From: the human T2T-CHM13v2.0 reference genome, Homo sapiens
Length of the DNA: 64,000 bases
Reading direction: 5' to 3' (one strand)
Assembly (NCBI RefSeq): GCF_009914755.1
Contig: NC_060928.1
Below are positions 1 to 15,219 of the stretch, piece by piece. The notes under the pieces are model-generated. The model ran no database searches. It was given only the letters and a program-made list of their open reading frames with translations, and was not told the DNA's origin. The position numbers and the translations under genes are program-made. Every line of letters starts with the position of its first letter. Positions within the stretch are counted from its first letter, which is position 1.

Positions 1-974
1 TAAATAAGGTTACAACTGCTAAAATGCTACTCTTTAGGTTTGGGAGTCATCCATGTGTTCCCCTTTCTTATTCAGGAAATGGGCAATTGGTTATTTTAAC
101 AGTGCCTTCTAAGACTAGGTGGTTCTAGTTAGCTCTCAAATTCTGTTGGGACTTGGGACGGTTTTCCTCATATTACTGCCTTGTGTTTTAGCAACCTGAG
201 GTCACCCAGGTCCCGAGAGAAATCTTTCATTTTCTCCGTGAGTGCTCGGGGGATGGGGAGTTCTGTGATGATGGCAGCCTGTGCTGTTTCTCCTTCAAGA
301 AGTCAGACAGCCACTTTGGACCATCCGTAGGCTATTCATTCCTTCAACAGTTTGACAACTCAGAAAAGCTATAGCTCATCGTGAAGGCCTCAAAGGGAGG
401 AAAATCTCTCCAGAATAAAATGTAGACAAGACTATGTCCGTATCAGGTCAAAGGTTGGGGTTTTTCCCTGTGGGTAGGAAGGTCAGCTCTGTATTTACCA
501 AATAGTTATTGAATAACCGCTCTGCCTGGCTCAGGGAACAAGGGTATTATCCCTGCTTAGATGGAGTAAAACCTGTGCTCTTCGCCTGCCTGACTGCTGT
601 TAAGGTTGATTTATATCATTATTAAGACAACTGTCGGGGCTGTTGGGTGGCCTTCCTGGTTTCTCCACTGACTTGCCTTTTGATTTTTGGATGTCAGCTC
701 CAGGACCTTCACTCTCCATGCCTAAAGGAAGGCCTAATGCTTTAAAGAAACATTCTGAGGCTCAGGTGATTTCAATCCAACCAATATTAATTGATCATCT
801 GCAATGTGCTAAGCCTGCAAGGAATCAAAAAAATGAATGAAGAATATCTTCCATAAGGAGCTTACAAAAGAGTAAAGAGGATGAGACAGGTACACTATAC
901 AAAGACTGTGTTGAGCTTAGAATTCCAGGTTGATAGCTAGGTGGTGTGAGAAGCAAAAGCAAACAGTGAAGCAT

Positions 975-1115
975 CCGGGAGCACTTTACCTACGTGTATC
1001 TCATTTGCACGTCACAATAACTCAATGAGGAAACTGAGTCACAGAGAGGCTAGGTAACTTCTCCAAGGTCATTCAACCAGGCAGGGGTGAAACTGAGCTC
1101 ATATTGGAACCCACA
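975..1115 (-). mobile_element. MIR SINE fragment
   Basis: atgaggaaactgagtcacagagaggctaggtaacttctccaaggtca is the reverse MIR core. Confidence 0.75.
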
Positions 1116-1165
1116 TCTCAGGGAGCAGGGATTCCTCTTTCTTTCAGTCAGGATGTACTTCTACA

Positions 1166-1535
<370 letters not shown>

Positions 1536-1550
1536 CTAATGTATCCATGA

Positions 1551-1691
<141 letters not shown>

Positions 1692-1783
1692 TGATGTGTC
1701 TCCTCTGGGTGTTCTTGGACTTTATTACACCATGTGCATAATCAGAGGTTTTCCAAGTTCAGATCAGCGACGTGAACTCTTAA

Positions 1784-1984
<201 letters not shown>

Positions 1985-2580
1985 TGACCTAGATACATCA
2001 GAGAAACGATGGCCTTGCTCAGAACTTTGGATTATGGTTTTTTTTTTAATGTTTTCTGCTACAAAGTAGACGTAACCTTGGATTCAAAATAATAAGGGCA
2101 AAATGAAATATATTTTATGTTTAAAAGAAGGGAGCTGTTTGGAAGGAACATTTTTCAGTCTGATTTAACAGTGTCCTTTCCAGCTGCGGCAAGGACAGCC
2201 TCTGGTTGAGGGGAGAGAGAACTCTTTATCAGAGCTGGGACAGCTGTTTTTCCTAAATGCTCTGCTTATCTTATCCCTGAGTTTGAAAAAGCATTAAACC
2301 GTTTAAATAAAAAGTACCCGTTACAAGACAGGAAAAACAGCCCAAATATGTTTCTGAAGTGTTTCCAGAGACCAGCGTTCTTCCCCCATCCCTACCTCTT
2401 CATTCCCACCCTTCCTCCTCCTTACACCACCCTAAGTGTATCCCCCTAGATCCCTGCCTACCTCTTAAAAGAAGCTCCATATTAGCAGCAAAACATTGGT
2501 GAATAATGAAAAAAGGGGAGGCACCTCAACTGAGATAAGGCAGGTAGCTGGTCATCAGGGTCAGGGAGCAAAGATTTATT

Positions 2581-3180
<600 letters not shown>

Positions 3181-4266
3181 ATGACTGGTCTTCTCCTTGC
3201 TATTTGAGGACCTCTAGACTGGGGTGGGGGAAGTAAGGAGGAGCAGCAAATCTGTCTTAGGAGTCAAGTAGCAATACAAGTCAACCACCCCCGTGGGGGG
3301 TTTGTAGGATGGGAGATGGATGGAGCTCTGTCAGTACCTCTGGTATAAGAAATGAATTCACGGCCTATCTGAGCTACCAAGAGGGCACTATGAGTTTGTC
3401 TTCAGCAGCCTCACATTCCTTTCTGTGTTCTCTCCAACCTTCTTGACCCCTTTTTCCCAAGTTCCAGACACTACCCCTCCAAGTCTATCCTTAACACAAA
3501 TCCCTGTGTCCTTTCTTCCACCATTTTATTCTCAATAAAATAATTTTTCATAGGATGTTAGCAGGCACTAAGTCAAATTACACAGAAGTGTGAATTGCTG
3601 CTGTCCCATCATCCCCCCGAAGTGTGCGCACTGAAAACTGATTTACAGCATGATTACTGGTTGGCTCCCAAATCTAAAAACAAAGTCTAAATACCCAAGA
3701 TGAAAATAAAGTATATTAATTCTATGAAATTAAATACTTCTATTTAAATGATAATTATGAAGATTGGAAAATGCATATCAGTAATAATATCATAATAAAA
3801 TACAATTTATATCATTTTTATATATGGTGGGGAAAAACACAGATGTATGCATATTATAATTGCAGTTATACAGTTGGAGTGTAAGTATGAAAGAGTTGCA
3901 AAGACATGTATGCAGTTCTGTTCACTTGAATAGTTTATGTGTGAGTAAGTCTGGGTTATTTTAATTTTTTAAAAAAAGCAACAATGACTGACAAAGGGAT
4001 TTGCAGGAGGATAGCTATATAATACACCAGTTTCTAAAGCCAGAAGTACAAGGAAATCAACCTGTCTCATTTCATGGATATACTAATTATAGGCAGTTAT
4101 TGCTAGTTTCTGAGAGTATGCAAGAACCATCTGAAACAGCCTGAGGGTCTTACCCTCCAGGGCCCTAGATTAAAGAATTCCCTAAATTAGCAGGACTGTT
4201 TGACATTTTAATAGACTGCTCCAAGCAACTCTGTTACTTGGGTTAAAAAAATTTTTAAACAGAAAC

Positions 4267-4330
4267 AGCAATTTATTTTATGTTAATTTTATGTCTTAGC
4301 AATTTATTTTATGTTAATTTTATGTCTTAG
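4267..4330. repeat. Perfect 31-bp tandem duplication
   Basis: agcaatttattttatgttaattttatgtctt x2. Confidence 0.95.
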
Positions 4331-4609
4331 ATACACATCCATTCATACACAGAGAGCCAGTAAAATTAATCCCTTTGTGGGATTAATTTTATTTTATGTG
4401 CTTTGGTTTTTTTCTAAGCATCAGTCTTTAATAACATTGTATGTCCTACAAATTATATAACATATGCTTTTCCAAGGAAACGAGAATAGGATTAAATGGA
4501 TGATAAATCTCCTGATGAGAAAAAATTGTGACTTTATATTGATTTTAATATTTGAAGATAGTGCCAGTTACCTAGGAGTTGCTGACTGCTGCGAAACAGC
4601 AAAACCTAA

Positions 4610-4816
<207 letters not shown>

Positions 4817-5204
4817 TAAAGTAAATAAATTTTTTATTTATCTTTTTGAATAGCTCATTTAAAGCATGTGATTCAAATCAAATGACACCAAAGAGCAGAG
4901 AGAGAAAACTGAGCTTCTAATACCCCCATTTCCCCAGTCACTTAATTCCTCAGAGGAGACAACCAGTTAACAGTTCCTTAAGGATTCTATCAGAGACCGC
5001 AGAGAGATATGGATATAGATCTATAGATGCAGCTATACATAAATATACAGATGTAAAAGTACATATGTATGCATGTGGATAGACATGCACATAAATACAC
5101 ACATATTTTTTCAACCCAGTGGTAACATACTAAACACACTCTTGTTCCTTGCTTAATTCACTTAATATTATTTCTTGAAGATGATCCATTTATGTCATGG
5201 TATG

Positions 5205-5400
5205 CATCCCATCTCTACCACTTAGTAGCTGAGTGACCTTGGGCAAGTTACTTAGCCCCTCTGTGCCTCAGCTTACTCATCTGTACACTGGGGATAATTT
5301 AAATACCTACCAATAACTTTGTTGTGAGGATACGCTGAGTTAGAATAGAACCCAGCTCTTAGTAAGCATTCAGAAATGTTAGTTGTTGTCATTGCCGTTA
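5205..5400 (+). mobile_element. MIR SINE
   Basis: gtgaccttgggcaagttacttagcccctctgtgcctcag core. Confidence 0.85.
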
Positions 5401-5931
5401 TTATGTGTCGGTATAATAGGTGGAAATGGTATCTCATTGGAATTTTAAATTCTGTTTCTCTTGATATGTGCAAGGATGGTCTTCTCCTCTCACACTTCCA
5501 GCACTAAAGTTTTCCAGCCCTTCTTGCAAAACATAAAACAAAGAATTCAATCTGTCTTTGCTTACTTACAATAGTTAAGAAAATTGGAAATAATATTAGT
5601 CTTGTTTTCCAAATATGACTCTAATATTAAACTTACTTTTCCAGATGGAACATGCCTAGCTTACCCCACAATCCAGGCATGCCCCAGTCCACCTCCTCCA
5701 CGAGAGACTGATACACCAGGTCTCTGTGCTTTCCTGAAATCAGAAGCAGCTGATGCAGCAGTGGATTTTGTAAACGTCACAGGCAGGACTTGGTACTAGG
5801 AACCCATGAAGGTTGCCTTCATGAACAGCTATCACTGAGAATATGTTCATGGCAACCCCTAGAAGCTTTTGTTTTAGGCTATTTCTTCTTGTCTCTTCTG
5901 GAATAACCCAAGTATGAGCACTCCGATGTTA

Positions 5932-6330
<399 letters not shown>

Positions 6331-6599
6331 TTAGGTAATTAGCACTAGATGTCATGAAAGAACAACCACCCCTAAGTATCAGTGTGGCTTAGAACAAAAA
6401 GGTTTACCTTTCGCTCTCACAAAGTGCAGCATGAATATTCCTGCTCACACAGGAGCTCGTCCCAGGGGGCTCTCATGGCTAGCACACTTCTGAGCCCACA
6501 TCTTCTGGCCTCATCATCTTGAAATGCCTTACTTCCAGCCTCACAGAGAGGGGATGTGGAAGGCAATATCTGGTATTTCAGAAAGTGACGAGCGAGTGC

Positions 6600-7750
6600 C
6601 ATGGGGAAAAAGACAAAGTAGAACAGGAAGAGGTGATGAGGAATCAGAAATGTGGGTGTGAGGGGCAGGCTGAGTGTTAAGTAGGATAGTGAGGGGGCCT
6701 TGGGCAGATGATGACATGTGAGCAAATCCTTGAAGGAGATGAGAGCATTGGCCATGCAGGAACCTGAGTAAAGCTCATTCCAGGCCAAGGGAGAACTCAC
6801 GCAAAGGCCCTGAGTCAGGAGTGTCTGGCATGAACACAGAACAGCAGGATGCCCGTGATGGAGAGGAGTGGGCTCCGGGCGAGAGCTGTTGAGGAGGACA
6901 TCAGAGTGGTGATAGGGAGTAGGTGATAGCAGATCATGGCAGACATTCGTAAGGACCTTGGGTTTGACTGTTAGTGAAATGGGGAAACCATTGCAGCATT
7001 TTGAGAAAAGAAGTGACAGAATCTGATTTGTGCTTTAACAGGACCACTCTGGTTCCTGGGTAGAAAATTGGCTGGGAGGACCAAGGGCAGGGAGACTGGT
7101 TAGAGTGACTATCAGTCTGTGCCCTCCCAGAAACAGACACCAAGATGGGCTTAAACATGCAAGGATTTCATTAGGGGAAGTGCTTGTGTGAGAGAAAATG
7201 GGGAGGGAGCCCAGGAAGGCTGGGAGAACCATTAGACCAGGATGCCGGTCCCACCCCAGTGAAGAGAAGAGGGTGAGAAAAATGGGTGAAAGTGTCCCAG
7301 ACTGCAGTGCGGCATGGGAAAGGCTGGGCGAAGCCATGGGAAAGCCCTTCAGCCAAAGGCTGCTGACAAAGGAGACCTCATCTTCCAGGAACAGGTCTGC
7401 CTTAGTGCCCTGCTGCACCAGTGATTGACAGGGAAGAGCTGTGGGAGGCTGAAGGCTGGATTTCGAAGTCCAGCATTTATGCTCCCAGGAGTAGGAGGGA
7501 GGTCTGCAGGTTGCACTGTCACACCCTCCACTGGAGGCAATTGCACTTTCAATTGCTGTTATCTAAACAAGAGATAATGGTGGCCCTGTGCAGCATGGAG
7601 GCCTTGTAGGTAGTGAGGAATGGCTGATTCTGGCTATAATTTGAAGATAGATCCAGATCGCTTGTTGGAATGAATGTGAGCTGTGAGATAAAAGCAGTTG
7701 TCAGGGATGGCTCCAAGGTCTTTCGGACAACTGGAAGGATGAAGCTCACA
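6600..7750 (-). mobile_element. L2 fragment interrupted by an old LTR-like insertion (~7110-7550)
   Basis: gcaaaggccctgag, gaaaccattgcagcattttgag and gtcagggatggctccaagg are typical antisense L2 motifs. Confidence 0.6.
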
Positions 7751-7862
7751 TATTTTTCCTTTACACACTAAAGAAATATATAACTATGGAAACTAGAAGC
7801 GTGCACGCGTGCACTACCTACATTTCTCACGTATTTTTATCCTAGTGGCACAGGGAATACTC

Positions 7863-8212
7863 TTTCTTTTTCTTTCTTTCTTCTTTTTTTTTTTTCTTTT
7901 TTTTTCTTTTTTCTTTTTTTTTTTTTTTTTGAGACAGAGCCCTCACTCTGTCGCCCAGGATGGAGTGCAGTGGCGCGATCTTGACTCACTGCAACCTCCG
8001 CCTCCTGGGTTCAAGCAATTCCCCTGCCTCAGCCTCCTGAGTAGCTGGGATTACAGTGTGCACCACCACGCCCGGCTAATTTTTGTATTTTTAGTAGAGA
8101 CGGGGTTTCACCATGTTGGCCAGGCTGGTCCCGAACTCCTGACCTCAAGTGATCCACCCTATTTGGCCTTGAAAAGTGCTGAGAGTACAGGCATGAGCCA
8201 CCGCACCCAGCC
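7863..8212 (-). mobile_element. AluS element with long T/CT-rich tail
   Basis: TSD cagggaatactcttt on both sides. Confidence 0.95.
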
Positions 8213-8428
8213 AAGCGCAGGGAATACTCTTTAAATAACACGGGGACAGGGGGTCCTTGGATTCCACACATGGAAGTCTCCATAGCTTCTCTGTGTCAGG
8301 AATTCTTCCAGGCCAGGATCATTCCCTGCTATTGAAACCCACTTCCCTTTCTTCTCTAGTGGGAAAATAGAACCAGCCTCCGTTGTCAAGCTGGTTATCC
8401 CTCAGGCAGCTTTAATTTCACTCCCCAG

Positions 8429-8733
8429 TTGTGTTTTGTTTGTTTGTTTGTTTTGAGATGGAGTCTCACTCTGTCACCCAGGCTGGAGTGCAATGGCGCA
8501 ATCTTGGCTCACTGCAACCTCCTCCTCTTGGCTTCAAGTGATTCTCCTGCCTCCCTCCTGAATAGCTGGGATTACAGGTGCCCGCCACCATGCCCAGCTA
8601 ATTTTTTGAATTTTTAGTAGAGACAGGGTTTCATCATATTGGCCAGGCTGGTCTTGAACTCCTGACCTAGTGATCGGCCCACCTTGGCCTCCCAAAGTGC
8701 TGGGATTACAGGCGTGAGCCACCGCGCCTGGCC
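8429..8733 (-). mobile_element. AluS element
   Basis: Antisense dimer, (GTTT)n tail, TSD-like ccccagtt. Confidence 0.95.
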
Positions 8734-9446
8734 TACTCCCCAGTTTTGAGTGAGTCCACATCTTTCCAGAGTGACCCTTTCCCTTTCTCTTCAATTTCAT
8801 CCCTTCTTTTTTCTCTCCCGAAGCCCACATTCGGAGGTGGAAGCTGGTGTAGAGAAAGGAAGTGATTTCAGTGTCACTTTGTTATTTTATTTTACCACCA
8901 CCAAGTCCTGAGATCAGTGCGGGTAATTAGTTTTTATTGCCAGTGTTAAAATTTTCCAGTGATGGTTTCATTGGGTTGTTTGAAAAACTTTAAGATTCAG
9001 AGTCTGTGCTAATTTAGTCTTAAAGACAGACAGGAGAGAGAATTCTCTTTGCGGCCCTGTGGGTTCTTGGCAGATAACCTCGAGAACCCAGAAGGAAATA
9101 AGGCTGATTGTTTTTCTGGCACACAATAAAAACCAAAGTCTATTCTTCAGTTGTCTTCCCCTGTGACCTTGTGGTGGTGGCCAGTGTCTTTACAGTGCTT
9201 TCCACAGAAATTAAAGAACCCCATACACGTAATGCCTCAGTAAACTTAATGAGGAATCACATAAAAGATGCTTAGAATCAAAAACGCAAGTGCAGAAAAT
9301 TGAGAGTGACTGATGGACTTGTGTTTATTTGTTGTCTTTTTGCTTAACCAACAAAAAATAACTGGAGAAAAGTTATTAATGGGGAGAGGAAACTTGGTTC
9401 ACAGTCATATTTCTGGAAACCAGACTTAAGAATCTATAAGCTAATG

Positions 9447-9741
9447 TTCTTTTTTGTTTTTTTGTTTTGAGACCAAGTCTCACTCTGTTGCCCAGGCTGG
9501 AGTGCAACGGCGCAGTCTCGGCTCACTGCGCCTCCGGGTTCAACCTCCGCCTCTCCTGCCTCAGCCTCCTGAGTAGCTGGGATTACAGGCATGCACCACC
9601 ATGCCCGGCTAATTTTTGTATTTTTAGTAGATACGTGGTTCCACCATGCCAGGCTGGTCTCGAACTCCTGACCTCAAGTGATCTGCCCATCTCAGCCTCC
9701 CGAAGTACTAGAATTACAGGTGTGAGCCACCGTGCCTGGCC
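9447..9741 (-). mobile_element. Alu element with internal rearrangement
   Basis: Antisense dimer, TSD taag(c/t)taat(g/a)ttctt. Confidence 0.92.
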
Positions 9742-9867
9742 CTAAGTTAATATTCTTAATTGCAGTAAGTATATGATGACAAATACATTATGAGATTATG
9801 TTTATTAATTTTTAAATTGAGGAAATTTAATAACCACGTACACAAAATTTTTAAAATATTAAAACTC

Positions 9868-10177
<310 letters not shown>

Positions 10178-10267
10178 TATAACTTAGAAAAAATCAGGCC
10201 AGCTTATTTCTGCTTTGACGTCTGTGTAGGTGCAGGACTTAAAGTTAATCCTGTCATAAGAGATTCA

Positions 10268-10653
<386 letters not shown>

Positions 10654-10816
10654 TTAATCACTCATGTGGGAAACGCCTCAGTGGAAACCACTGTTAAAGC
10701 TTTTGGTGTGTTTCTTAACAGTTTATTCCCAGGCATTGAATTTTTGCTTTGTTTTGCCTTTCACATAATGAACATGTAAAATGTGAAGTAGGATATGATG
10801 TAAAAGTTATCAATAG

Positions 10817-11221
<405 letters not shown>

Positions 11222-11796
11222 TAGAGCCTCATTATTATTGTGCTGAGGTCAGAAATACTGTACAATGGGATGACCCTCGAGCTCCATATCATCTCTTCTC
11301 TGTCCTATGCTAAGCTATTACCCCACCCCAGCTCCAAAAAGGCCTGCACAGTAAGAGCCACCACTATCCCCCCACCTCATGGTGCAAAAGGCTGCTCAGA
11401 AATGTGGCTGTCCAGCTGCTGGCCCTCTGCCTCCCTTTGGTAACGAAGTACCCAGGTCAGAGATGCCCTGCCAGCCCACATCTTCATTCCTACCCAATGC
11501 AAACAAAGCACTTGATGTTCCTTTTAGACTTCAGGGTTTTAATATATTTTGTCTTATGGGTTATATAGTTATTTATTCAGCCATCTTGTTAGGACTCCTG
11601 GGCCACAAAGGGCAGGATTATCTTACTGAAGGTTAAGGTTCTATTAGGGAATGCTCCCGTACACACACCTGGGAAACCCAGCCTACCCAATGGCCCTGCA
11701 CATTCATACTCCTCCACTTGGTCCCAGGAAAACAAAAGATGAATAGCAAAAGTCAGCAGGGTTTGGTGATTTTTTTCCCTTAAAGCATCTATAGTG

Positions 11797-11797
<1 letters not shown>

Positions 11798-11848
<51 letters not shown>
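11798..11848. repeat. (TG)25 microsatellite
   Basis: Uninterrupted TG dinucleotide run. Confidence 0.98.
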
Positions 11849-11850
<2 letters not shown>

Positions 11851-12509
11851 ATTTAGCAAGCACTTAATGGCACTTACATAGCCACTATTCTAAATACCAT
11901 AAAACTGTTAACTTATTTAACTGTATATATGTGGCTGTTTTGTGGATGTCAGGCTGACTGTGCTCCGGAGTGGTTTTCTAGTGGAGGCCACCAGGCAGTA
12001 CCCTCTGGGCCTCCAGAGAGGGAGGGGCCGTGGTGACATTCATTGAGGAGAGGCAGGTCCCTAGACAAGAAGCTCAATTTGGCAGTGAGCCTTAGAATGG
12101 AGAAGTAGTTTTTGACTCTCCCTAGACCTTATCCTGTTATGTTTGGACTTTGAGCCATTCTTGATGCCTGTCTAATCAGAGAAAGACAACATCTGCCACA
12201 TAACAGGCAACCAAGAACCAAATAGGATGGAGACATTGTCCCCTGCCCCAGATGATGGAGCTACATGTTACTCTGTTTATTTCCTTCTTTGTTATCCATG
12301 AGCCTTCAGGGAAAGTCTTGTGGTTAAAACTGTTCAAGAATAATTTTCAAAAAGGGCAAAATTGGGACTCTCATACAGATACAACATGACCTATGTTAAA
12401 GGATTTATTTAGCTCATTAATTAATTCAGGGAACCAAGCAGATGTTATAAATGATTCAAAGGAAAAGCCAAAGAAGCACAAATGTGTGTGGAGTAATATG
12501 TATGTGGCT

Positions 12510-12870
12510 ATACACCGTGGAATACTATGCAGCCATAAAAAAGAATGAGTTCATGTCCTTTGCAGGGACATGGATGAAGCTGGAAACCATCATTCTCAGC
12601 AAACCAACACAAGAACGGAAAACCAAAACTGCGTGTTCTTACTCATAAGTGAAGTTGAACAATGAGAACATATGGACACAGGGAGGGGAACATCACACAC
12701 CGAGGCCTGTCGGGGGTAGGGGGCAAGGGGAGGGATAGCATTAGGAGAAATCCCTAATGTAAATGACAGGTTGATGAGTGCAGCAAACCACCATGGCACG
12801 TGTATACCTATGTTAACAAACCTTCACGTTCTGCACATGTATCCCAGAACTTAAGTATAATAATTAAAAA
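12510..12870 (+). mobile_element. 5'-truncated L1PA 3' end
   Basis: ORF2 C-terminal remnant YTVEYYAAIKKNEFMSFAGTWMKLETIILSK, G-rich 3' UTR, A-rich end. Confidence 0.93.
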
Positions 12871-13076
12871 ATATATGAAGGTGCCAATAGACACAAACCT
12901 GCTTTTCCACATAGGGGAGGTTGTCCTCCCACTGCACAGAATTCATTCACATGACTATTGACAACAATGGCTTTGCATTGTTGTCAGCCCTTTACAATTT
13001 ACAGAGTCATAAAATTGCTCCGATAAATTCAGAATCCAATAGTCCAGTAAGATGTGCTCTAGAAAATGCAGTTCTT

Positions 13077-13206
13077 AGCCAGGCGCAGTGGCTCATGCCT
13101 TAATCCCAGCACTTTGGGAGGCCGAGGTGGGCAGATCACCTGATGTCAGGAGTTCAAGACCAGCCTGGCCAACATGGTGAAGCCCCATCTCTACTAAAAA
13201 TACAAA

Positions 13207-13241
<35 letters not shown>

Positions 13242-13402
13242 AAAAGCTGGGCATGGTGGCAGGTGCCTGTAATACCAGCTACTCAGGAGGCTAAGGCAGG
13301 AGAATCGCCTGAACCTGGGAGGCAGAGGTTGCAGTAAGCCGAGATCGTGCCACTGCGTTCTGGCCTGGGCGACAGAGCAAGACTCTGTCTCAAAAAAAAA
13401 AA
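13077..13402 (+). mobile_element. AluS element with (TAAA)n expansion of the middle A tract
   Basis: Dimer; (aaat)n at ~13204-13243. Confidence 0.93.
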
Positions 13403-13439
13403 GGCAAGGTCTGGAGTCAGACATTATTTAATTAAACAC

Positions 13440-13605
13440 CATGCAGAAGCTGTATGATTTTGGACCCCCTTACCTCAATCTCCTTATCTGTGAAATGGGA
13501 ATAATAAAATCTACCTCACAGAATTATTAACAGAATTAAATGAGATAATCCATGGAAAGCTAGTAGCAGCATGACTAACACAGAAGTAAGCACTGAATAA
13601 TGTAC
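13440..13605 (+). mobile_element. MIR SINE
   Basis: cctcaatctccttatctgtgaaatgggaataataaaatctacctcacag core. Confidence 0.8.
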
Positions 13606-13948
13606 ACATGTTGATGACAGTTGATTTTTATATGCGTTCTTATGTCATAGACATTTGTTGTTATTAAAAATATCACAGGGGAGCGTGGCCCTGCTGTAAA
13701 AAAAACATTACAAGATATCATGGTGGTGGAGAATGATTCCATTGTGGTGACTTCCATCACAGCTCTCAGCTGTGAAACAGCCCCAGGGCCCTGGAAAAGA
13801 GCCCCCAAGGACTTAGTTTCTAGGAAGAAGGTTCGGCCTTTGGAGGGGAACAGTTTGCCCATTGCCTCCACAAGCTCTGCTTTCTTTCCCTAGCCTGGAG
13901 ATTTTTGTGATATTCATAGTAAGGAAAATAAATTTTTGTCTTGACTTA

Positions 13949-14300
<352 letters not shown>

Positions 14301-14500
14301 ACAGTCCTACAAATGTATGGGTCAAAAACAGTAAGAGTTATTCTTCACTCCTGTAATAGTCCAAGATAGGAGTGCCTGGTCAGCAGGCAGCATTCCTGCA
14401 TTTAGGGCTTCAGGAACCAGACTGTGTCCGTCTTGTGGCTCCGCTAGGCCCGTTCCAAGGTACACAGGCCTCCAGCAAGAAAACAAATGGAGGCTTAGAC

Positions 14501-14695
14501 TGAGGTTGACACACGTAGCGAATAAAAATACGGGATGACTAGTTACATTTTAACTTTAGATGAACAATGAATACTTTTTCAGTATAAATGTGTCCCATGC
14601 AATATTTGGGACACATACTTATATGTAGAAAATATTCACTGTTTATCTGAAATTCAAGCTTAGCTAGGCATCCTGTATTTTATCTGGCAACCCTA
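14501..14695. mobile_element. MER53 palindromic DNA transposon (MITE)
   Basis: Terminus ...cctgtattttatctggcaacccta; self-complementary arms with central atgtgtccca/tgggacacat stem. Confidence 0.85.
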
Positions 14696-14731
14696 CACAT
14701 ACCAAGTATTTAAAAGTTAAATAATTTTGGG

Positions 14732-14895
14732 GCCAGGCACGGTGGCTCACACCTGTAATCCCAACACTTTGGGAGGCTGAGGCGGGCAGATCACTTGAGG
14801 CCAGGAGTTCGAGACTAGCCTGACCAACATGGCAAAACCCTGTCTCAAATAAAAATACAAAAATTAGAGCCAGGCATGGTGGCACTGCCTATGGT
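14732..14895 (+). mobile_element. Partial Alu (left arm plus start of right arm)
   Basis: Alu 5' end and middle A tract, then truncated. Confidence 0.9.
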
Positions 14896-14923
14896 CTAAG
14901 GTAGATGTAAAACCGGGTGAGCT

Positions 14924-15219
14924 GGCTGGGCACAGTGGCTCACGCCTGTAATCCCAGCACTTCAGGAGGCCGAGGCAGGTGGATCACCTGAAGGCCAGGA
15001 GTTCAAGACCAGCCAGGCCAACAAGGCAAAACCCCATCTCTACTAAAAATACAAAAATTAGCAGGGTGTGATGGCACATCCCTGTAATCTCAGCTACTCG
15101 GGAGGCTGAGGCACGAGAGTCACTTGAACCTGGGGGGCGGAGGTTGTAGTGAGCCGAGATCACACCACTGCACTGCAGCCTAGGTGACAGAATGAGACTC
15201 TGTCTCAAAAATAATAAAA
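14924..15219 (+). mobile_element. AluS element
   Basis: Full dimer with A tail. Confidence 0.93.
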
